Source of the DNA: Candidatus Hodarchaeota archaeon
GTDB taxonomy: Archaea; Asgardarchaeota; Heimdallarchaeia; Hodarchaeales; Hodarchaeaceae
NCBI GenBank assembly: GCA_029856365.1
Contig: JAHQWW010000055.1
Location: forward strand, 1 to 23,767
Direction of reading: 5' to 3'
Length of the DNA: 23,767 nucleotides
Positions within the stretch are counted from its first letter, which is position 1. Every line of letters starts with the position of its first letter. The position numbers and the translations under genes are program-made. This document shows positions 8,520-16,969 of the stretch, piece by piece. The notes beneath the pieces were generated by a model, which had not been told where the DNA came from, ran no database searches, and saw only the letters and a list, made by a program, of their open reading frames with translations.

Positions 8520-9341
8520 ATGACAAAAAACTCAGACAAACAACTAAATTTGAAGAAGATCGAGGAACTGCTAACCACATCAAACACCTCTTCGATTTAT
8601 AGTGCATTGACCAAAATTCAACAAGGGAACCTAATTAATGAAGAAGATATGGAAAAAAGATTAGGGATAGATCTTAATGGTTTTTCGAAACACACGCCTC
8701 TCACTAGGGCAACTCGTCAAAAATTACCTAAGGAGGAAGAAATTATAGAGACTATCTCTAAACAAATTTCAATACCTCAATCTGAAGTCCAAGAAATTGA
8801 AGAAACAGCTAATCAGTACCAAGTATCAATATTAAGTCTCGAATCCTCAATTGAAGGTCTTGGGGATTTAGAAAAAACTCTTTTATTTGTGGGAGGTAGG
8901 AAATTAGAATATTCTTTGAAAACCGTGATGACAACTAAACACTCTGAAGAATTAAAAAATGAAATAAACGGTTCTGACGCAGGAATTATCGTTCTTCCCC
9001 CCTTCCTAGATACAGTTGACATTCACACAATCATAAATAAACATGTTTCTGAATTGTGGAGTTATAATGGATTGGGCCCAATTCCTTTTGTTATAATAAT
9101 ATTAGAGAATAATATCACTACTGGAACCGTGCCTGAAAAAGAATTAAACCAATCCGTTCAAGAATTTATTGATAATTTGGTTCCAATTACAAGAGGTAAT
9201 TATGGCTTTGGTATTAAATGTCACTTTATTGAATCATTAAAGTCAGAAAAAGAATTAAAATCAGTTTTACGCACACTAGCTATATTGCTTATTTCGTACG
9301 AACGATTTAAAATACAGAAAAGTGTTCGTATAAAACCATAA
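8520..9341 (+). CDS. Hypothetical protein with a helical N-terminus and a degenerate Rab-like G-domain C-terminus
   Basis: From about aa 100: YQVSIL...GGRKLEYSL...GSDAGIIV...ELWSYNGLGPIPFVII...GFGIKCHFIESLKS, resembling Asgard Rab-like GTPases. No GxxxxGKS/T, DxxG or NKxD. Confidence 0.55.
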   Translation: MTKNSDKQLNLKKIEELLTTSNTSSIYSALTKIQQGNLINEEDMEKRLGIDLNGFSKHTPLTRATRQKLPKEEEIIETISKQISIPQSEVQEIEETANQYQVSILSLESSIEGLGDLEKTLLFVGGRKLEYSLKTVMTTKHSEELKNEINGSDAGIIVLPPFLDTVDIHTIINKHVSELWSYNGLGPIPFVIIILENNITTGTVPEKELNQSVQEFIDNLVPITRGNYGFGIKCHFIESLKSEKELKSVLRTLAILLISYERFKIQKSVRIKP

Positions 9342-9557
9342 TCTATTGATTTAGTCTTATTTCCACAACGAAGGTCTTAATTTGATACAAATTTCTTCTT
9401 TCAACTTAGCAAAATCAAACCCAGTTATCATCTAAAGGCTTTAAAAAGAATAAATTACTCATCTTTTTCGATTATTCCTATGATCAAAGCATTATAAAAT
9501 TGTAAAATAACACGAAGCTATATATAAAAAAATGAAACGAAAAAGGAGGATCAAAGA

Positions 9558-10124
9558 ATGACTAATAGTAATATGGATCAAATGGAAGGCACCAGTCTAA
9601 TAATAAAACTGTTTGCTTTGATTATTGGATTTATATTCATACTAATAGGTTTGTTTATGATTCTTACCAGTCTTGAACAAACATCTGTGAATGGTGTTAT
9701 TTTTTACTTCTTATTAGCTGTTGTATTTTTTATCATTGCTGGTATATTTGTGTGGCGTATATTAGGTAGAAAACTCATCTATTCTCCTGAAAGGATAGTC
9801 GTTAAAGGTTTTTTAGGATCTAGAAGTATTCATATTGAAAATATCGCTAGTATTGGTAATATGGCGGTTCGTACATCACGAGGAGGAACACCTATATCAA
9901 TTAAATGGATAGAACTTCGTTTAAAAGATGAAGATATAGTGAAATTAGATTTAAATCCTTTTTCTTATTCTGCAAGTATGAATTTCATTTCAATCCTCAA
10001 GAAATACATGGGTATTGATGAGGCTGCATCACAATCTTCAACTAAAGTAGTGTGTGAAAAGTGTGGTTCATCTCTTCCTGCTGGAGCAACTTTTTGCTCT
10101 AAGTGTGGAACATTTACCTCATAA
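9558..10124 (+). CDS. Membrane protein: 2 TM, PH-like beta domain, C-terminal zinc ribbon
   Basis: GGAGGA RBS, two TM helices, IVVKGFLGSRSIHIENI (bacterial-PH-like pattern), and CEKCG...FCSKCG. Confidence 0.75.
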   Translation: MTNSNMDQMEGTSLIIKLFALIIGFIFILIGLFMILTSLEQTSVNGVIFYFLLAVVFFIIAGIFVWRILGRKLIYSPERIVVKGFLGSRSIHIENIASIGNMAVRTSRGGTPISIKWIELRLKDEDIVKLDLNPFSYSASMNFISILKKYMGIDEAASQSSTKVVCEKCGSSLPAGATFCSKCGTFTS

Positions 10125-10169
10125 ATAATCTTTTAATTATTTCATTAATGTATAAGAGTTGATAATGCG

Positions 10170-10967
10170 TTGAATGTACAGAACAGTACACGAGATATAT
10201 TTAAAATTATTCACAATCGTCGATCAATAAGAAAATTCACCAATAAACCAATATCGGATGAAATTCTCGAAACACTCCTTAAAGCAGGAGTTAGAGCACC
10301 ATTTGCAGCCCAATTATACAGTATAATTTATACTAGGAATCCTGAGAAAATGAAAATAAAATGTGGGGTTTATTCGACTACAAAATTATTAATGATTTTC
10401 TTTGTGGACGCCAGAAAGATCGAGAAAATCATTACCCAAAGGGGCTACATATACGACTATGATGACATTAATCTGATTTGGTTAGCAATTCAAGATGCCA
10501 CATTAGTCGCAGAGAATATAATTTTAACTGCAGAAGCACTTGGTCTTGGTTCAGTGCTATTAGGAGTGGTTCCTAATCAGTGGAAAGAAATCAAAGAACG
10601 ATTTAATGTTCCTCCAAGAGTTTTTCCAATAGTGGGGTTATGCATTGGTTATCCTGAACCATCAGCTTTAATGGATGTAAGGCCCCGATATCCCTTGAAA
10701 TACATTGCATTTAAAGATCAATACAAGGATCTAACAGAAAAAGAAGTTCAAGAATGTATGAAGGTGATGGATGAGGGTTATCTAGAACAAGGATATTATA
10801 TCAAACAAAGTGCGAAGATACCGTTGAAAAAAGAATTAGGAGAAGATAAAATCGATTATGATAAATACTCATGGTCAGAGCATATTAGTCGAAAACTGAT
10901 ACAGGGTCGTTGGGGAGAAAAACCCTTTATCTCCCTCTTACGGGATTGTGGTTTCAAATTAGGATAA
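10170..10967 (+). CDS. Nitroreductase family flavoprotein (NfsA/Frp-like)
   Basis: IHNRRSIRKFT, DATLVAENIILTAEALGLGSVLLG, PIVGLCIGYP, RPRYP. Confidence 0.92.
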   Translation: MNVQNSTRDIFKIIHNRRSIRKFTNKPISDEILETLLKAGVRAPFAAQLYSIIYTRNPEKMKIKCGVYSTTKLLMIFFVDARKIEKIITQRGYIYDYDDINLIWLAIQDATLVAENIILTAEALGLGSVLLGVVPNQWKEIKERFNVPPRVFPIVGLCIGYPEPSALMDVRPRYPLKYIAFKDQYKDLTEKEVQECMKVMDEGYLEQGYYIKQSAKIPLKKELGEDKIDYDKYSWSEHISRKLIQGRWGEKPFISLLRDCGFKLG

Positions 10968-10996
10968 TTCTATTTTCTTTTTAGCATTGAAAATGT

Positions 10997-11722
10997 TCAA
11001 CTCTGAAAAAGTATTTCAAAAATCCTCTTAATGAATATAGTAATCGGACTGTCAATATTATCTTGCAAATAGTAAGGTATTAAATCATCTACAATGAGAA
11101 ATGCCTGTAAATAGCTGAACAGTAAGATCCCTATGATTAAAAAACGAGTTAGCTGAATATTTGGTTCATTCTCGAGGCCTTTCTGCAAACTATTGATGGC
11201 TAAAGCTCCAGCTAAAATAATAACAAGAGGTTGGATTTTCATAGAACTATCAATGATGAATTTACAGAAGAATATCTCTCCTAATAATGAAAATAGAATC
11301 ACAGTTTCGTAGTAGAATAGAAAGCGTTTGAATGTTGACACGAATGAAATCTGAGGAGTAACCACCCATAATAGAACAACCCCAGGAATTGCTATTAAAA
11401 TAGCAATAATTGTAGCGCTAAAAATTCGAATCATACCAGTTGCAAATGTAATCAATTCATAAGACACAAATTCTGAGGTTAAGATCACCAAGCTGGAATG
11501 AAAAGTCGAAAAAATTGTCAGAGTCGAAAGGAATAAAGTCAAATAAATCCAAAATGGAAACTCCATGGCACGTTTAGGATTAGTCAAGAGATTTTTTAAT
11601 AAATCCACATTAGCTGTCCAAACATCACGAATTCTATATGTTTCAGGATAAACTTTTTGTGGTGAGCGTTCCTCAACCCAGGTTTCTTCTTTCTTCACAA
11701 TCTGCATTACTTCTTTCACCAA
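10997..11722 (-). CDS. Polytopic membrane protein, Yip1-like
   Basis: LKNLLTNPKRAME precedes about 5 TM segments, and an SF..TF segment follows TM2, as in prokaryotic Yip1-domain proteins. Start is uncertain. Confidence 0.5.
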   Translation of the reverse strand: MVKEVMQIVKKEETWVEERSPQKVYPETYRIRDVWTANVDLLKNLLTNPKRAMEFPFWIYLTLFLSTLTIFSTFHSSLVILTSEFVSYELITFATGMIRIFSATIIAILIAIPGVVLLWVVTPQISFVSTFKRFLFYYETVILFSLLGEIFFCKFIIDSSMKIQPLVIILAGALAINSLQKGLENEPNIQLTRFLIIGILLFSYLQAFLIVDDLIPYYLQDNIDSPITIFIKRIFEILFQS

Positions 11723-11905
11723 TAATGAGTAAACTGAAATCTCTCAACAGTTCTTATTGCAGAATTGTATTTATTCAAAACATCTATTAAAGCTAGATGA
11801 AACTTTCTTTAAGAAAATACTTTGTGGGAGAAACTAACAGAATGATTTTTAGCTAAAAAAATGCAAAGTAATTTTGAAAATGTCAGAAATTCTCAAAAAA
11901 TTGAA

Positions 11906-12820
11906 TCATATTCTCTCACAAAAGAATTTATGATTTATTTCAGAATAATCTTCAGTAATTTGTAATTGATGATTTTTCACTTCAATGATACCGTTAAGTC
12001 GAAGAATTTTGACATAATATGAAATGAGAGATTTGCTATTCCCTGTAAAGAGTGAAAGATCTTTCTGAGAACAATGACTGGTAGAGGTCACCAAAAACTC
12101 CAGTATTTTTTTGATATTCTGATTTCTATTAAGAGAATACCATACTTTATGTTCTGGAGAAAACTTAGAATCACTCATAAAGAAATGTTTACTCTTACCT
12201 AATCTAAACGATTCGATTTCTCCTGATTCAAGATATCGGATATGATATTGGACTACTCCCATAGCGAGGTCGGTTCTTCGTTGGATTTCTCGGAGCCTGA
12301 TACCTGGATTCTCATTTATAGTTTCTTTGATAATGAAACGATTTCTGTTTCTTAATGATTCCTTCTTTGTTTCTTGACCTTCTTGGGTATCAATAGATAA
12401 TGTTCCAATTACTAGCAGAAAGCTATGAACTGACTCTCCTAAACCGTATAATTCTCTATCTGTAAAAAGAAATGATGTCATTTGAGAAAGTTGAGTCTTA
12501 ATTAATGTTTGTAAATCACGAAAAACCATTAAGGAAATATCAGTACTCGTTATTTGATTATTGATAATTACTTCAAGAGATATAACAGTACAGGTGCTAG
12601 TACCAAAATTTATTTCTTGAAACATCCTAAAGATCAGAATATCTAGCTCAGAATAGGTATTACAAGCTAGATTAATTTCATCTCTATTTTGGGAGAGATG
12701 ATTTTTATTAGAAAAAGCTTGAATTGAATGGAAAAACAGCATTAGAGCCAGAAAGAAGTAAACTAGCTTTATCTGCGATTTTCTCGAATAAATCACACTC
12801 ACCAGTTCGCCAAGTTGCAA
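11906..12820 (-). CDS. Double winged-helix regulator (COG3398-like) with N-terminal hydrophobic segment(s)
   Basis: R..I...INENPGIRLREIQRRTDLAMGVVQYHIRYLE and a second HTH SQKDLSLFTGNSKSLISYYVKILRLNGII. N-terminal TM/signal. Start is uncertain. Confidence 0.8.
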   Translation of the reverse strand: MQLGELVSVIYSRKSQIKLVYFFLALMLFFHSIQAFSNKNHLSQNRDEINLACNTYSELDILIFRMFQEINFGTSTCTVISLEVIINNQITSTDISLMVFRDLQTLIKTQLSQMTSFLFTDRELYGLGESVHSFLLVIGTLSIDTQEGQETKKESLRNRNRFIIKETINENPGIRLREIQRRTDLAMGVVQYHIRYLESGEIESFRLGKSKHFFMSDSKFSPEHKVWYSLNRNQNIKKILEFLVTSTSHCSQKDLSLFTGNSKSLISYYVKILRLNGIIEVKNHQLQITEDYSEINHKFFCERI

Positions 12821-12963
12821 TTGAAATCCTAAGGTTATAATTCTTTCCTATTTGGTGCGGTCAAAAGATTGTACTACTATAAAAAAGACTAACTACAATA
12901 GAATAACTGTACCATAATTGATAAAATATCCTTAAAAAGGAATTTATTTCGTGATAGATTGCA

Positions 12964-13677
12964 ATGGTTTCCAACTCATATAATACAAACCCAATTACAA
13001 TTAAAGTCTCGAATGTAACAAAAGCTTTTATTATTGGTAAAACAAGAATCACCATTTTGGATGAATTAGACTTCCAATGTTATGAAAATGAATTCACAAT
13101 AATCTCAGGGCCCTCAGGTTCGGGAAAATCAACTTTTTTAGCAGTAATTGGAGGATTAACTCGCGTAGACGAGGGACACGTGCGAGTGCTAAATCATGAC
13201 TTAAATATAATGGATGAAGAAGCATTGGCACTTTTTAGATCTGTGTATGTTGGTTTTGTATTTCAAACAGGTCATTTAATAGACTCCCTGACGGTACTGG
13301 AAAATGTAATGTTACCTGTTGAACTTGCAGGAAAAAAAGATTTAGATGATAAATCGTATGATGAGAGAGCTTGGAGTCTCTTGGAAGAATTTAAACTCAA
13401 TGAAAGAGCCCATTCTTTACCAGTAATGCTATCGGGAGGTGAGTATCAAAGAACAGCATTTATTAGAGCATTAGTCTTGGATCCTGACTTATTACTCATC
13501 GATGAACCCACATCGAACCAAGATATACAAACAACCGAGATCATTCACCAAAAATTATCCAATTTAAAAGGGAAAAAAAATCTCATTGTAGTTACACATG
13601 AAAGACAGCTTTTTCCTCTAGCAGACAAAATCCTCACTCCTGTTAATGGAAAATTAGTTCCTTATGAAGTGGATTGA
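12964..13677 (+). CDS. ABC transporter ATP-binding protein, LolD/MacB/SalX type
   Basis: GPSGSGKST, VGFVFQ, LSGGEYQR, LLLIDEPTSNQD, VVTHE. Confidence 0.95.
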   Translation: MVSNSYNTNPITIKVSNVTKAFIIGKTRITILDELDFQCYENEFTIISGPSGSGKSTFLAVIGGLTRVDEGHVRVLNHDLNIMDEEALALFRSVYVGFVFQTGHLIDSLTVLENVMLPVELAGKKDLDDKSYDERAWSLLEEFKLNERAHSLPVMLSGGEYQRTAFIRALVLDPDLLLIDEPTSNQDIQTTEIIHQKLSNLKGKKNLIVVTHERQLFPLADKILTPVNGKLVPYEVD

Positions 13678-13683
13678 AGTAAG

Positions 13684-15492
13684 ATGAGTAGTCTTAATCT
13701 TGCTTTGAAAGACATTCAGCGACAAAAACAGAGATCGTTACTATTCATTGCCGTACAGTCCTGTATAACCGCTTCGGGAATGATTATGTATGGTCTAGCT
13801 ATTGTTATCCAAGCTCAAATAGGAAAATCACAAGCTTATTTCAACAATTCGATCATTCAGATCTTCCACGGTTATCTTAATTTTCTATTGGTTTTTGCAG
13901 TAGTGACTGGTATATTAATCGCAGCCATTTTAAGCAGTCTCCTGACAATTGCTAGGATGGATGACTTGGCTGTTTTACTTGCTTTGGGTGGAACATTCAA
14001 ACGAATTCAGAGAGTTCCTTTAGCTCAGATCTTCTTACTGACGCTCATTGCTGGATTAGTAGGATGGATTGGAAGTATCATTGGACTTTCCATCTTAACA
14101 ATCACATTAAGACTTGAAGCAGTAAATATTGGAGAAACTTTAAATTTATCTTTTGGGCTTCTGTATATTGTTTTTCAAATCATTGGTACGTATTTTGCTG
14201 CTGGATTTATTGTCAACCTTCTCATTCGAAAGAAATTCAGTGAAATAATTGATGGTCAGTATGAAGTTGAAGAGGTTGATCAAGACAAGATTTGGGGGAT
14301 ATCAATGCGAGGAAAAATTGGTTTTCGACTAGCCTATCTCTTCAATAAAAGATCCAGAATATTATCATGGGTAATGATTGGGGGAACTTTCATGCTCATA
14401 TTTCTGACTACATTCGGAATTCTGGGGGGGAATATAATCAATAACACAACGAATTCATATATTGAACGTGGTTATGGCACAAATGTTTGCGTAGTTACCC
14501 CGCCTGAGCTAGAACCACTATTACGTGAACTTTATAATCCTTCTAGTGAACTTCAGTTTATATTTCTAAATTCTAGTTATGTTGTTCCATCATTATTTGT
14601 TGAACGATTACCAAAGAACTGTACATACGAAGCCAGACTATTATTAGTAGGAACAATCAGAATGTTAACTGATATTAAAACTACGCCAAACGGAACTATA
14701 CTTGGAGGGGGGAATAAAACGATGGAAACCTATTATTGGGGAGTTAATGAATCCACATTCTCAATATTTGACTATTATGGCACTTATATCACTCCTCCAA
14801 GATCTAAAAATGCCCAAATAGGTGATGGAATGCTTCAATCTTATCCAAATCAAGAAGTTGTCGCAGCCTTTATTCCTAAAGGTGAGATCATCAAGGATCG
14901 TTTCAACATTGAGGGAGTGATCATGGATCCATTTGCCCGTGGACATTGTGTCTATATGGATTCCAGCAAATTGGTTGAAATGAAAAACCTTCAGGATGAA
15001 ACTGTAAAGAATGTGGTATTTATTGAAAATCCTGATGCTGAAATAATCAATCTAATTGAAGAATTTTCATTAGGGTATTTTTTCTTAGATATCTACAAAG
15101 AAAAATATTTTACCTTTAGTAATTCTTTTTGGGTAATATCAACAACAGCCTTTATTCCTGCGATGATCTCTGCAGGACTTTCTTTAGTTGCTTATTCAGG
15201 ATTGATAGCTAGGGTTATACTTATCAAAGATCTGAGAATTCTGCGGCTTTTAGGTGCAAATCCAAAAACTTTGAAGAGGGTCATCCTATGGGTAAACATC
15301 ATTCTATTGCTATATGCAGCCCCTTTAGCTGTACTTTTCGGCTTTACTTTGGCCTATTCATTTCTAATTGCTGATCCAATCCTTCCATCTATTCAAGCAT
15401 GGATAGTTCTTGTTGTAGAGTTTCTAGTCATGATGTTAATCATTTACAGATATATTCATTCCTTTTTCAAAGACTTCTATAGCGATCTCTAA
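13684..15492 (+). CDS. FtsX/MacB-like ABC permease with two permease domains
   Basis: ARMDDLAVLLALGG and KDLRILRLLGANP FtsX-type motifs. One large extracytoplasmic region in the second half. Starts 6 bp after the ATPase. Confidence 0.88.
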   Translation: MSSLNLALKDIQRQKQRSLLFIAVQSCITASGMIMYGLAIVIQAQIGKSQAYFNNSIIQIFHGYLNFLLVFAVVTGILIAAILSSLLTIARMDDLAVLLALGGTFKRIQRVPLAQIFLLTLIAGLVGWIGSIIGLSILTITLRLEAVNIGETLNLSFGLLYIVFQIIGTYFAAGFIVNLLIRKKFSEIIDGQYEVEEVDQDKIWGISMRGKIGFRLAYLFNKRSRILSWVMIGGTFMLIFLTTFGILGGNIINNTTNSYIERGYGTNVCVVTPPELEPLLRELYNPSSELQFIFLNSSYVVPSLFVERLPKNCTYEARLLLVGTIRMLTDIKTTPNGTILGGGNKTMETYYWGVNESTFSIFDYYGTYITPPRSKNAQIGDGMLQSYPNQEVVAAFIPKGEIIKDRFNIEGVIMDPFARGHCVYMDSSKLVEMKNLQDETVKNVVFIENPDAEIINLIEEFSLGYFFLDIYKEKYFTFSNSFWVISTTAFIPAMISAGLSLVAYSGLIARVILIKDLRILRLLGANPKTLKRVILWVNIILLLYAAPLAVLFGFTLAYSFLIADPILPSIQAWIVLVVEFLVMMLIIYRYIHSFFKDFYSDL

Positions 15493-15539
15493 ATTTAATA
15501 AATTAGGTTTTAATTATAAATAATGGACGAAAATAAAAT

Positions 15540-16298
15540 ATGGAACTTATATCATGGAATGTTAATGGTATCAGAGCTTGTATCAACAAAGGATTCATAG
15601 AATGGGTAAAACAAAGAGATCCAGAGATCCTATGCATTCAAGAAACAAAGGCTCAACCCAACCAAATTTCTTTTTCCTTTGATATTCCAGATTATAATAT
15701 CTATTGGAGTTCAGCTAAGAAGAAAGGATATAGTGGAGTAGCAACATTCTCTAAGCAAAAACCAATTTCAATTTCGAAAGAACTTGGAATTAAGGAATTT
15801 GATGGTGAGGGTAGATTTCTACAATTGGAATATGAGAGATTCTTCTTAATTAACACTTATTTTCCGAACGCTCAACGGGAACTAAAACGACTTGAATTTA
15901 AATTACAATTTAATCAAGCAATGTTGAAATACCTTGAGAGTCTTAGAAAGAAAAAGGATTTAGTTATATGTGGAGATTTTAATGTTGCTCATAAAGAAAT
16001 AGATCTCAAGAATCCAAAAATAAATCAAAATAATGCTGGTTTTTCCCCCAAAGAAAGAGCATTCTTTACTGAATTGTTGGAGTATGGTTATATTGATACA
16101 TTTAGAGAATTTGATCAGTCTTCTGAACAGTATACTTGGTGGACTTACCGGTACAATGCTAGATCCAAAAACATCGGGTGGCGTATTGATTATTTTATTA
16201 TCAATAAGGAATTCAGAGAAGAGTTAAAGTCCGCATTTATTTTACAAAATGTGATGGGCTCAGATCATGCGCCCATTGGAATAATTCTAAATGGATAA
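15540..16298 (+). CDS. xth: Exodeoxyribonuclease III / AP endonuclease
   Basis: SWNVNGIRA, LCIQETK, GYSGVA, YFPN, CGDFNVAH, YTWW, GWRIDY, SDHAP. Confidence 0.97.
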   Translation: MELISWNVNGIRACINKGFIEWVKQRDPEILCIQETKAQPNQISFSFDIPDYNIYWSSAKKKGYSGVATFSKQKPISISKELGIKEFDGEGRFLQLEYERFFLINTYFPNAQRELKRLEFKLQFNQAMLKYLESLRKKKDLVICGDFNVAHKEIDLKNPKINQNNAGFSPKERAFFTELLEYGYIDTFREFDQSSEQYTWWTYRYNARSKNIGWRIDYFIINKEFREELKSAFILQNVMGSDHAPIGIILNG

Positions 16299-16362
16299 GG
16301 AGTCTTTTGAGGAGGTTAATTCATTATTTCTGAAATCATAATATTATTATTGAAATAATTCA

Positions 16363-16833
16363 TTAAAATCTATTTTTCTCTTTCTGTTTAACAAAATAAA
16401 AAATCATCAGTCCAAATATTAACTCGATTGAGAGTGAAGTACATGAGGTAATAGATGACAAACTAGTTTCGGTTTTTATTTTTGAGGCCTTACTAGAACT
16501 TTCTGTCGAGCTAGTGGAAAGAGTCGTGGCATCTAGTAAAATTTCATTGAGAAATACCTCATAGAAAAGATCTTCTCCAGAATGAGGATCAACTCATCAG
16601 TAAATCCTTTCCCACTTGAGAATTCAACGAAAAAATTCTTTTTATCCCCAACTTATGATTATGTTATCTACCCAAAGAGTATAATTAAGATTAACAACGT
16701 CTCCAAATTCAACAATAGTGTCAGGAGGAGCATCATTTGCCTGCGAAATCTCAGGTGAGAATATAAGCAGTAAAAATGCTAGTAGGAATATTGGAACTAA
16801 ACCTAATCGTGTGTAGCTATTCCTAAAATTCAT
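16363..16833 (-). pseudogene. Disrupted secreted, membrane-anchored FKBP-type peptidyl-prolyl isomerase
   Basis: Signal peptide and GDVVNLNYTLWVD, then TAA at 16644-16642. A shifted frame from about 16652 gives VGDKKNFFVEFSSGKGFTDE. The original frame resumes at about 16593 with DPHSGEDLFYEVFLNEI, a Ser/Thr linker, a TM helix and KQKEKNRF, with the stop at 16365-16363. Confidence 0.7.
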
Positions 16834-16969
16834 AAGTTAACCTTTGCTATTAACACTATTCTAAAATATTCTAGAATTAACAAAATCTGTACAAAGATAA
16901 ATATTATAGTTAATTGTAATCTTTTATTACTCAATTAATCAATTTTTTTGCATATTGGTTGGTTTTAAG

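Noticed and set aside
16316-16366. Imperfect 15-bp inverted repeat between xth and the FKBP pseudogene
   Set aside because: Almost all A/T with two mismatches, so easily chance. It cannot be called a terminator or MITE.
16590-16644. In-frame TGA codons suggesting selenocysteine readthrough in the FKBP-like gene
   Set aside because: The first stop is TAA, and the FKBP-like sequence lies in another frame there. Frameshift decay explains it better.
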